Counted from the first letter of the stretch, positions 1 through 8,004 are shown. The stretch is 26,513 nt of DNA from an uncultured euryarchaeote (GCA_937899865.1 CALBRH010000024.1:1-26513); one strand, 5' to 3'. The notes: a model not told the origin generated them from the letters alone. Translations and numbers: made by a program.

Positions 1-229
1 ATGCACCCGATACAAAACCGACTAAACAATCTAGCCATTCTTCTTGATTTATTGGCGAGCCACATCCTGGACAGCCAGTTAGATTTTCTTCTTTCTCAAT
101 TACCACATCATCTTGATTATTTTGTTGCCGAGACCTTCGCCTTACTGGGGCAGAGGTTTCCTCGATATCGAATGAAATATTAGTTCCAAAAGTACCCTTG
201 TTGGGACTATTACCAAGCTCTCTTCCCAT
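1..229 (-). CDS. Partial hypothetical protein with a CPGCG zinc-knuckle motif (3' end outside window; not in ORF track)
   Basis: ATG at 229-227 opens a frame with no stop to position 1: MGRELGNSPNKGTFGTNISFDIEETSAPVRRRSRQQNNQDDVVIEKEENLTGCPGCGSPINQEEWLDCLVGFVSGA... It is co-oriented with the upstream PPS gene and has an AT-rich promoter-like stretch about 30-40 nt upstream. Confidence 0.6.
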   Translation of the reverse strand, partial: MGRELGNSPNKGTFGTNISFDIEETSAPVRRRSRQQNNQDDVVIEKEENLTGCPGCGSPINQEEWLDCLVGFVSGA

Positions 230-258
230 CTATTTTCAAATTTAATTCAACGTTTGAT

Positions 259-272
259 GATAAAACTTTATC
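259..272 (-). promoter_or_regulatory. Candidate BRE/TATA-like element forming a 6-bp inverted repeat (GATAAA-AC-TTTATC)
   Basis: Minus strand reads CGATAAAGTTTTATCA, a purine-rich BRE-like run followed by TTTTAT, 30-43 nt upstream of the ATG at 229. Confidence 0.3.
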
Positions 273-305
273 GCCGACACTCTCACATTTTGTTGAATTT
301 TCGAT

Positions 306-1052
306 TCAACTCATATAATTCGCTGCAATAATATTGATACTTTTTTGCAAATTCTTCTTATTTACGAAATCAATATCTATTTCATTTTTGTAATCGCTTT
401 CAATTAAATCAATCATATTTTTAGCAACTCTAGAAATTTCATCAACAATTGTTATTGAAGCCATTTTTGCTGAGCGAGACATCGGGTTTAGATCTACTAC
501 TATTACGGTTTTACCCATTTTGACCAATGCTTCGCACCTATCACCATCTTCCAAAGGAACTAGGATTACATCACTCGAAAAAATACCCTCATGGCAACAA
601 TTTGCCCGTGGACCTTCAAGACCTGGAATCTTAGCATCAGGCTTCTCTCCAAGTATCTTAGTAGTAATGCCATGTTCAGTTTTGATTGCCTCAAGGTGTT
701 CAATAATTGCCGAAATTCTTTTTTCCGTTCGGTAAAAAATATTGATTTCAATTGGGCAATTTAATGCCTCAGCAATTTGCATCAATTCTTTTCCCGCGAG
801 TGCTGCAGTGTTGCCATTTATTGTGATAATTGGCCGCTTAGCAGCATTTAGATGAGCAAGAGCATTTTTTGTTGCAATTATGGCGTTGTTGGAACTTTCC
901 TCTCCCAACAGATAATCAAAAGCTTCTCCGCGTCCATGAGCAATCATTGCACTATCGGCTAACATACCTTTACTTGCCGCAATTTCTAATTTATGCCGAC
1001 TTAACAACGAGTTATACCTTGGGTGACTTTCGTCGGCTGTAAATTCGCCCAT
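306..1052 (-). CDS. 4-phosphopantoate--beta-alanine ligase (archaeal phosphopantothenate synthetase, PPS)
   Basis: Family motifs SHPRYNSL, AHGRGEAFDYLLGE, NGNTAAL, VPLEDGDRCEAL, VDLNPMSRSA; 248 aa; pantoate kinase lies nearby. Confidence 0.95.
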   Translation of the reverse strand: MGEFTADESHPRYNSLLSRHKLEIAASKGMLADSAMIAHGRGEAFDYLLGEESSNNAIIATKNALAHLNAAKRPIITINGNTAALAGKELMQIAEALNCPIEINIFYRTEKRISAIIEHLEAIKTEHGITTKILGEKPDAKIPGLEGPRANCCHEGIFSSDVILVPLEDGDRCEALVKMGKTVIVVDLNPMSRSAKMASITIVDEISRVAKNMIDLIESDYKNEIDIDFVNKKNLQKSINIIAANYMS

Positions 1053-2030
1053 TCAATCACCAATAATCATTGAGATATCAAGCGGCTTTACTCCGCGATT
1101 TATTGCGCTAGTAGAGATGACATCGACACCACACTCAAACCATTCTCCAAGTTTTTCAAAAGTAATGTTGCCACTTGCCTCTAGTATAATGGCTTCTCTG
1201 AGGCCCATATCTTCTAATTGTTTGACCACATCTTTACAACGCTCAGACCCAAAATTATCTAACATCACAACCAGTTTTGTCTCTGCATTTTCATGAGTCT
1301 GTTGCCATACAGCAGCAGCAGTAATGGCTTCTTTTTCATTTCTTACTTCAATTTCAATAAATGATGAGACATCATCTAATTCAAGTGTTTGAATAATCTG
1401 AGCTATTTTTTTGTCATTTTCGAGTGATGAATCATCCATTGATGCAAGGTCATTCTCTTTGATCATTAGTGCATCATTTCTTGTCAAACGATGAGTAAGT
1501 CCTCCGCCCAAGTGAACTGCCCATTTGTCGAGTAGCCCCCATGTAGTTTTTCTAGTACATGCTACCTGTTTTGCCGCCTTACTAGCCCATTTTTTGGTTT
1601 CAGTTGCAATACCTGAGAGATGTCCAAGGATGTTCAGTATACTTCTTTCTACTAGCAGTATTGTTTCACTGCATCCACTCAAGTGAGCGATTTCTTCGCC
1701 CTCTGATACTTTTTTACCATCTGAGGCACGCCAGGTTATTTGAATTGAAGGCGCCCAAATTTGGATAAGATGGTCCACCATAGCGGTGCCAGCAATTATC
1801 CCATCTCCCTTAGCAATAATGGTTGAATCAATCTTTTCGCTTGAACCAAACATTGGGCTATCAATATCATCATCAGCAAGAATAGCAGCAACCCATCTAT
1901 CCATACTTGATAGGAGTTTTCTGCTAACGCCATCTTCTGCAGTCCATAGGAGGTGGCCTCTGTCATGAGGCAGCATACTACTTCCGGCCATGCTTAACCT
2001 AATAGTTACTTGACTTTCAATTGCACCCAT
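1053..2030 (-). CDS. nadC: Nicotinate-nucleotide pyrophosphorylase (quinolinate phosphoribosyltransferase), divergent
   Basis: Motifs ERSILNILGHLSGIAT, CTRKTT, GGGLTHRL, EIEV, MLDNF, EASGNI, LDISM. The start may instead be ATG 1991 or 1976. Its stop directly abuts the PPS start (GGTGAT-TGA-ATG). Confidence 0.85.
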   Translation of the reverse strand: MGAIESQVTIRLSMAGSSMLPHDRGHLLWTAEDGVSRKLLSSMDRWVAAILADDDIDSPMFGSSEKIDSTIIAKGDGIIAGTAMVDHLIQIWAPSIQITWRASDGKKVSEGEEIAHLSGCSETILLVERSILNILGHLSGIATETKKWASKAAKQVACTRKTTWGLLDKWAVHLGGGLTHRLTRNDALMIKENDLASMDDSSLENDKKIAQIIQTLELDDVSSFIEIEVRNEKEAITAAAVWQQTHENAETKLVVMLDNFGSERCKDVVKQLEDMGLREAIILEASGNITFEKLGEWFECGVDVISTSAINRGVKPLDISMIIGD

Positions 2031-2094
2031 GATTTATGCAATCAATATTAATTTTAATGAGATATTTCAAATGACTTGATTTTATGGCAATACT

Positions 2095-3063
2095 ATGGAG
2101 AATGAGTATGCTTCACATGTTGGTGGCCACATTACTCTATTTTTCACCGTTGAGAAAGATGGACGATTATTGCGTAATCAAGGCAGTAGGGGCGTTGGAA
2201 TAAATGTTCAACACGGCGTATCAGTAAAACTTTCAATCAAAGATTCCAATGGAGATATAAATGATAGCAGCATTACAGCTTTTGATTATCAAGGTAACGA
2301 AATGGAAAATTCTGACAAGTTTTATCGAGGCCTAATTGATGATTTAGTATATGCTAGATTGTTGGATAGTAGTCCTTCATTTGACATCTCAGTATCGCTT
2401 GAATTACCGACAAGTCAAGGCTTTGCGATGTCTGCTGCAGGTTTAGTCGGAGTCGCTTTGGCATTTCATAAATTTTCAAATCGAGGTAATATTGATCAAT
2501 ATTATCGTATTTGTCATAGGATTGAGAGAATAAATGGTTCTGGTTTAGGAGATGTACTGGGAATTCATGCTGGTGGTGTTGAGATTAGATTACAGCCAGG
2601 CGCACCAGGCGCCTCAGGAACTAGTCTTGGCTTCAAGTGTAAACAACCAGTAATTTTAGTTTGGCAACCCGAAGAATCTCGCCATACATCAAAATACATA
2701 GATGATGAAATTTGGCAAGCAAAAATCACTAAAGCTGGTCATAAAGCGTTGAACAAAATAAAAACCGGTCCATGGGATCATTCACGCTGGAAAGAGATTC
2801 TTGAGCAATCAAGTAACTTTTGTCAAGAATCTGAATTGATTTTTGAGACTGAACGAAAACAATTTCTTGATACTGTAATGTCGATAGTACGTTCCACTGA
2901 ACTGCAATCATATGTTAGAATTAGATTATGTATGTTGGGAGTTTCATGTGTAATTTTGCCAACAAAACTTGACCGAATGCTGTCTGATGAGGAATTAGAG
3001 TTACTAAATTCTAAGTTTTCAGAAAAGGGCTTAGAATCAATCATTACCGGTATAGATTGTTAG
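2095..3063 (+). CDS. Pantoate kinase (archaeal PoK, GHMP family)
   Basis: GHITLFF, GSRGVG, PTSQGFAMSAAG (GHMP ATP loop), GLGDVLG, GGVEIRLQPGAPG; clustered with PPS. Confidence 0.9.
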   Translation: MENEYASHVGGHITLFFTVEKDGRLLRNQGSRGVGINVQHGVSVKLSIKDSNGDINDSSITAFDYQGNEMENSDKFYRGLIDDLVYARLLDSSPSFDISVSLELPTSQGFAMSAAGLVGVALAFHKFSNRGNIDQYYRICHRIERINGSGLGDVLGIHAGGVEIRLQPGAPGASGTSLGFKCKQPVILVWQPEESRHTSKYIDDEIWQAKITKAGHKALNKIKTGPWDHSRWKEILEQSSNFCQESELIFETERKQFLDTVMSIVRSTELQSYVRIRLCMLGVSCVILPTKLDRMLSDEELELLNSKFSEKGLESIITGIDC

Positions 3064-3065
3064 AA

Positions 3066-4094
3066 TCAAGACATTTTTGATAGGTCAAGTACTCCAGCAT
3101 CGAGCATTAAACAACCTGGAATGAATAAATTTTCACTGAATCCATGACGGTAAACAACTGCACCACTGCCCCATTCCTCAATATATCTTGACATTTGTTT
3201 AGTCATTTTTTTCCTTTGAAATTGAACATCAGCACCATAGAAGTGTTTAGCATCAATCCAAGCAACAGGTTGGCCATTAATTTCTACATGGTCAAGAAAT
3301 AGGATGTCAGGAGTGTTTATCGGACGCCCATGTTCTAATTTTTGTTCTGAGACCATTTCATTTTGACGCCTTATTTTAACACCTCTAGATTCAAACCAAT
3401 CAGATAGTATTTCTTCAAACAAGTCTGCTCTTGAATGTGTTTCTGATTGATCTACATTTGAAACTCTATCTGCAGCCTCTGCTTTTTCAAATTCTTCTCT
3501 CTCGCGCTTTTTCATTTTACTTGGGTCTCGTAAACACTCTTTGATTCTTGATTTTGACCATCGCTTTTCCGCAAGAATCACGCGAAAAATATTCATTGGA
3601 GGGAAGTCGAATCTTGTCGAAAGGTCAACAACACTCACTCCTTCATTGTATAAGCGAAATAATGCTTTAGCTCTTGATTTTAGTCTGCCGTGCCCGTATA
3701 CGGTTTTTTGTTGAAGCAGGGCAGAGCGTAAAGATAGAGCCTGGTCAAGAGTCATTTTTTTGTCTTTGACAAATTTACCGATTTCTTCTACACGTTCATC
3801 TTCAAGCCAACCGAACTCTCCCTTTCTGATAACAAATTTAGCTAGAATCTCTTCATCTTTCAATGGTACAGGATTGTTTTGCCAATCAAACGAATGCTTC
3901 TTTGGCTCAAGGATAGAATCTGGAAAACCCATAGGCCTTTCTTGTCTTTCAAATCTATCATTTGCCCTTTTCTCTACTTGTTCGATGTATTCCTTACTTC
4001 TTTCAAGCAAGACAGATTTTTTGGTTGTACCATACCGTTTGGGTTTTTGTCGAGATTGTGACCGAGACTTTTTGCGTGGGGTTTTTGATGTCAC
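3066..4094 (-). CDS. TPD-motif PD-(D/E)xK nuclease-like protein, CDIN1/C15orf41-like
   Basis: GTG start. C-terminal TPDILFLDHVEINGQPVAWIDAKHFYG...QMSRYIEEWGSGAVVYRHGF matches the TPD-family pattern TPD..PV.V.G..I.WI(E/D)SK..FG..Q...Y...FG.G.VIYW.GF. An upstream HTH-like segment GVSVVDLSTRFDFPPMNIFRVIL is also present. Confidence 0.8.
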   Translation of the reverse strand: MTSKTPRKKSRSQSRQKPKRYGTTKKSVLLERSKEYIEQVEKRANDRFERQERPMGFPDSILEPKKHSFDWQNNPVPLKDEEILAKFVIRKGEFGWLEDERVEEIGKFVKDKKMTLDQALSLRSALLQQKTVYGHGRLKSRAKALFRLYNEGVSVVDLSTRFDFPPMNIFRVILAEKRWSKSRIKECLRDPSKMKKREREEFEKAEAADRVSNVDQSETHSRADLFEEILSDWFESRGVKIRRQNEMVSEQKLEHGRPINTPDILFLDHVEINGQPVAWIDAKHFYGADVQFQRKKMTKQMSRYIEEWGSGAVVYRHGFSENLFIPGCLMLDAGVLDLSKMS

Positions 4095-4108
4095 ATTATA
4101 CTCTTATC

Positions 4109-4205
4109 GGCGACAATCTTTGAACTATCGCCTCAATATTATTGATTTACACCGGATAGTAACTTTGTAGTTCAAAGCGACTTGAGTATTGTAGTTAGAA
4201 CTACA
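4109..4205. repeat. Cluster of short inverted repeats in the leuS/TPD-gene intergenic region
   Basis: GGCGACAAT...CTATCGCC stem (4109-4132, 9 bp with two G-U pairs on the minus strand); CTTTG-TAGTT-CAAAG (4163-4177); TGTAGTT-AG-AACTACA (4190-4205); a 10-mer inverted pair CTTTGAACTA (4118-4127) / TAGTTCAAAG (4168-4177). Confidence 0.5.
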
Positions 4206-4207
4206 GT

Positions 4208-7030
4208 TTATGCAAATATGATGCTTGGGCTTAGTGGCAAGGAAGAATTTTCTCTGCCATCCTCGCCTTGATAGTCTTCAGCTCTAATTACTTCGATTTC
4301 ATTAAGATCAAGTTCTTTAGCAATAAATGATGCTCGCTCTAATAGTACCTCAGCCTCATCAATATTATCCAAAATAAGTGATTTTGATTTATCATCCCAC
4401 TTGAAAACTTGAGATAGCATCTTCTTATTCCAATATGACAAAATTTGCCCCATATTTTCATCATTTACAAAATCCATTTGTTTTAACTGTTGAATAAATT
4501 GTTTTACATTACCGCCATCATTGAGATAGTTTATCGCTGCTCTTGACAATTGGTTTTTCCATTCTGGGGAAACGATTAGAGTCAGTTTTTGTGCTTGACC
4601 GTCGAGGTGTTTTTCGGCAATTGACATTACTTTACGTGAATTTTCAAGTACTACTCGCATAATATATTCATGATTCAATACAGTTTCTTCGTCTTTAGAA
4701 ACTGGCTTGATATCGACCATTTCAGATGCAGATACCATTTCTTTGAGAGATAAACATCTACCCCACTCTTCAGCAAGATGAGGAGTTGATACTGAAATCA
4801 GATAAGTCCATGATTCGAGGACTAATCGTCCTATAGCGGCATTATTTCCGCCTCTTCTTACATACCAGTTGATATCCTTAATCAATTCATAATGAGAAAT
4901 TTCAACAGCTCTCCTCAAATCATAAATGTCCATAGCTTCACTAAATTCAGCGACCCTCTGCTTTAATCTAGCAACTAACCAATCATCTATCGGTGAAGCA
5001 TCACTACCCCAATTCAATATTGTTTCAGGCATTGTTCTCAGTTGCAACATCACACGATAGTTTGCTTCAAGAGCAGTATCAGACCAGTCCATTCCTGCAG
5101 TTGGGTTAGCAGCAAACAAAATGAATAATCGAACTGTGTCAGCACCATATTTTTCAATCATATCTTCAGGCGAAACAGTATTGCCAAGCGATTTACTCAT
5201 TTTTGCAGATCTCATGGCTAGAACATCGCCACATTGAGGACAAGGCATCCCAACATGGTCAACACTTAGGGTAATTGAGCAAGATTCACACCATGGGGCT
5301 GCTTTGTTTACCATTCCTTGACACAGTAGTTCATTGAACGGCTCATCAATAGAGTGGAGACCAATATCCCGCAACGCCTTCGTCCAAAATCTAGCATAAA
5401 TTAGATGCATTTGGGCGTGTTCAATTCCGCCACAGTAAAAATCAACATTCATCCAATGGTCTGCTAATTCTTTGGAGAAACATTCGTCATTATTTCTCGC
5501 ATCGGTATATCTCAAGAAATACCATGAAGAATCTACGAAAGTATCCATGGTATCGGTTTCTCTTCTTGCATCTTTGCCACATGTGGGACATTTTACCCGC
5601 TTGAATTCTAAAGAGGTCTCGAGAGGATTACCTTTACCAAATACAATATCTCTTGGTAATTCGACAGGTAAATCTCCTTCAGGAACAGGTACTGCGCCAC
5701 ATTCATCACAATGAATGATTGGAATTGGAGTACCCCAATATCTCTGTCTTGAGATTAGCCATGGTCTAATTTTCCAATTCAGTTTTCTTTTTCCTGAACC
5801 TTGACTTACCAGTGCATCGATAACTGCAGTAATGGCTTGTTCACCATATAATCCTTCAAAATCTGTATTCCCGGTATTAACCATCCAGCCATAATCGGTT
5901 TCTGCCTTTGTTAAATCAGCTGATGCATCACCATTTTCGGACATAACCAGTGTTCGACGAATCGGGATCGAGAATTTTTGTGCAAAGTCAAAATCTCTCT
6001 CATCATGAGCAGGTACGGCCATAACTGCTCCAGTTCCATATGATGCGATAACAAAATTCCCACTCCAAATTGGTATTTTTTCTCCAGTTAGCGGATGAAT
6101 AGCATTTTTTCCCAATGGTACTCCTTTTTTCTTATTCATATTTTTGATTCTATCAAATTCTGTCATTATTGAAACTTCATCATATAGTGCTTGCCAATCA
6201 GCCTCATTACCAGTACCAGAAACCAATGTTTTTGCCAGCGGGTGTTCGGGTGCTAGAGTTAAGAAAGTGACTCCAAATAATGTATCAGGCCTAGTTGTAA
6301 ATACAGTTATTGTCTCATCAGAATCCTCAATCTCAAAGGTTATTTCAGCACCTTCGGAACGACCCAACCAATCTCTCTGCATAGCAGCGACATTTTCAGG
6401 GAATTGAATTTGTTCAAGTCCATCAACTAATTCTTGAGCATACTTGGGGATATCTAAGAACCATTGACTCATTTCCTTTTGTTCTACAGGCCCGTTACAC
6501 CTCCAACAACGCCCAGCTTTGACTTGTTCATTTGCAAGAACAGTATTACAAGGGTCACACCAGTTTACTGGGGCAAATTCTTGGAATGCTAAACCGCTCT
6601 CGTAGAATTTGAGGAAAAACCATTGATTCCATTTGTAGTAATTTGGGTCGTGACTTTTCACCATTCTATCCCAGTCATATGAGAATCCCATTTGTTTGAT
6701 TTGCTTGGTAATCGAAGCCATATTTTTTTCAGTAATATCATGAGGGTGACCACCTTCTTTGATTGCGGCATTTTCTGCTGGCAACCCAAATGAATCAAAT
6801 CCCATTGGATATAATACATCAAAACCCATCATACGCTTGTAGCGAGCAACAGCATCTCCTATCGAATAATTTCGAACGTGGCCCATATGCATCTTGCCGG
6901 AGGGGTAAGGGTACATTTCAAGACAATAGAAAGAAGGTTTCTGATCATTTATTTTTGAAACAAATACTTTCTCTTCTTCCCATCTACGTTGCCAATAATT
7001 TTCATCGACATCTTGGATGCTATAACTCAG
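4208..7030 (-). CDS. leuS: Leucine--tRNA ligase (bacterial-type core, archaeal-type C-terminal domain); extended to a CTG start
   Basis: HMGH and KMSKS class I motifs; TTRPDTLFG and GTGAVMAVPAHDERD editing-domain motifs; WLISRQRYWGTPIP; DTMDTFVDSSWY. The frame continues 38 codons upstream of the track ATG (6916) as LSYSIQDVDENYWQRRWEEEKVF...FYCLE to CTG 7030-7028, preceded by GGAGGGGGT; in-frame TAG at 7051-7049. Confidence 0.95.
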   Translation of the reverse strand: MSYSIQDVDENYWQRRWEEEKVFVSKINDQKPSFYCLEMYPYPSGKMHMGHVRNYSIGDAVARYKRMMGFDVLYPMGFDSFGLPAENAAIKEGGHPHDITEKNMASITKQIKQMGFSYDWDRMVKSHDPNYYKWNQWFFLKFYESGLAFQEFAPVNWCDPCNTVLANEQVKAGRCWRCNGPVEQKEMSQWFLDIPKYAQELVDGLEQIQFPENVAAMQRDWLGRSEGAEITFEIEDSDETITVFTTRPDTLFGVTFLTLAPEHPLAKTLVSGTGNEADWQALYDEVSIMTEFDRIKNMNKKKGVPLGKNAIHPLTGEKIPIWSGNFVIASYGTGAVMAVPAHDERDFDFAQKFSIPIRRTLVMSENGDASADLTKAETDYGWMVNTGNTDFEGLYGEQAITAVIDALVSQGSGKRKLNWKIRPWLISRQRYWGTPIPIIHCDECGAVPVPEGDLPVELPRDIVFGKGNPLETSLEFKRVKCPTCGKDARRETDTMDTFVDSSWYFLRYTDARNNDECFSKELADHWMNVDFYCGGIEHAQMHLIYARFWTKALRDIGLHSIDEPFNELLCQGMVNKAAPWCESCSITLSVDHVGMPCPQCGDVLAMRSAKMSKSLGNTVSPEDMIEKYGADTVRLFILFAANPTAGMDWSDTALEANYRVMLQLRTMPETILNWGSDASPIDDWLVARLKQRVAEFSEAMDIYDLRRAVEISHYELIKDINWYVRRGGNNAAIGRLVLESWTYLISVSTPHLAEEWGRCLSLKEMVSASEMVDIKPVSKDEETVLNHEYIMRVVLENSRKVMSIAEKHLDGQAQKLTLIVSPEWKNQLSRAAINYLNDGGNVKQFIQQLKQMDFVNDENMGQILSYWNKKMLSQVFKWDDKSKSLILDNIDEAEVLLERASFIAKELDLNEIEVIRAEDYQGEDGRENSSLPLSPSIIFA

Positions 7031-7033
7031 ATG

Positions 7034-7042
7034 ACCCCCTCC
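7034..7042 (-). promoter_or_regulatory. Shine-Dalgarno site for leuS (GGAGGGGGT)
   Basis: The GGAGG core ends 7 nt before CTG 7030. Confidence 0.7.
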
Positions 7043-7119
7043 TATCCGCTACGGTTCCTCCCACAATAGGTTTCCATTTCAAACCCACTATTCAAGAACC
7101 GAATCTTTGTAGGGTTTTC

Positions 7120-8004
7120 ATGGCACGAAGAATCGAAGTTCGAGCCCCCTCAAGAATTGATTTAGCAGGAGGTTGGACTGACGTTCCAACTTATTGTAAA
7201 CAAAAAACCGGTGAAGTAGTAAACATAGCAATCAATCAATATGTAAGATGTGAGATGCTAATTGATGATGATAGGAAAATATCTTTGACATACAAAACAG
7301 ACATGCCAACAGGTTCTGGTTTAGGTACCAGTGGTGCTATGAATGTAGGATTTATTTCAACTATAACAAGTTCATCACAGCAACCTATTGAAACCGCGGA
7401 AATCGCTTATCAGTTTGAAGCATTACTAGGAAATAAAGGTGGGCGGCAAGATCAATGGGCTAGTGCTTTGGGAGGAATAAATCATCTTTCTTTTGATGAT
7501 GAAGCGGTTTCAGTCGAAAAGATTACTCCATCAATTGAATTTTGTAATTGGCTTGAGAATCATCTTTTGCTGTTTAATAGCCACATAACCCATGTCTCGG
7601 GAGATTTACATAAAAGCGTCTGGCAACGTTTTGAAGATGGTGATGAAGAAATAACCGACGGCCTAGATTTGATTAGAGAAGCAGGATTATTGATGGCCAA
7701 AGGAATTACGACAGAATCTGTTGAAGATGTTGTAAATGCAATGAATATGAATTCAGCAGGAGTGGATATTCTCGGACTCGAATTACATGAGCCATTTAGA
7801 GATAAGTTACAGGAATTATCGGATAATGGAGTAGTACGTGCTTGGAAAGCAATGGGCGCTGGTGGTGGAGGAGTGGTTGGAATTATTCTTGACTCATCAC
7901 AGAACAACTTCGAAGTAATCAATCAATTAGAATCAAAAGGTTGGACCAATATTCCATGGAAAATAGATACCGATGGAGTGATAAGAAAAGAGATCAATCT
8001 CTAG
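7120..8004 (+). CDS. GHMP-family sugar(-phosphate) kinase, HddA/fucokinase-like
   Basis: APSRIDLAGGWTD, PTGSGLGTSG, GGRQDQ, KAMGAGGGG. The start is set at ATG 7120 (MARRIEVRAP) because the longer track ORF from 6763 overlaps leuS head-on. Confidence 0.85.
   Translation: MARRIEVRAPSRIDLAGGWTDVPTYCKQKTGEVVNIAINQYVRCEMLIDDDRKISLTYKTDMPTGSGLGTSGAMNVGFISTITSSSQQPIETAEIAYQFEALLGNKGGRQDQWASALGGINHLSFDDEAVSVEKITPSIEFCNWLENHLLLFNSHITHVSGDLHKSVWQRFEDGDEEITDGLDLIREAGLLMAKGITTESVEDVVNAMNMNSAGVDILGLELHEPFRDKLQELSDNGVVRAWKAMGAGGGGVVGIILDSSQNNFEVINQLESKGWTNIPWKIDTDGVIRKEINL

Noticed and set aside
1-183. Plus-strand 60-aa ORF
   Set aside because: Antisense to a more protein-like minus-strand frame starting at 229 that is co-oriented with its neighbours; no motif.
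3760-4170. 136-aa plus-strand ORF
   Set aside because: Antisense to the TPD nuclease gene; Ser/Phe-rich composition typical of an antisense shadow.
6763-7119. N-terminal 119-aa extension of the GHMP kinase in the ORF track
   Set aside because: Overlaps the conserved leuS 5' end on the opposite strand; kinase homology starts at ATG 7120.
7560-7922. 120-aa minus-strand ORF with a poly-Pro run
   Set aside because: The poly-Pro is the reverse complement of the kinase GAGGGG loop.
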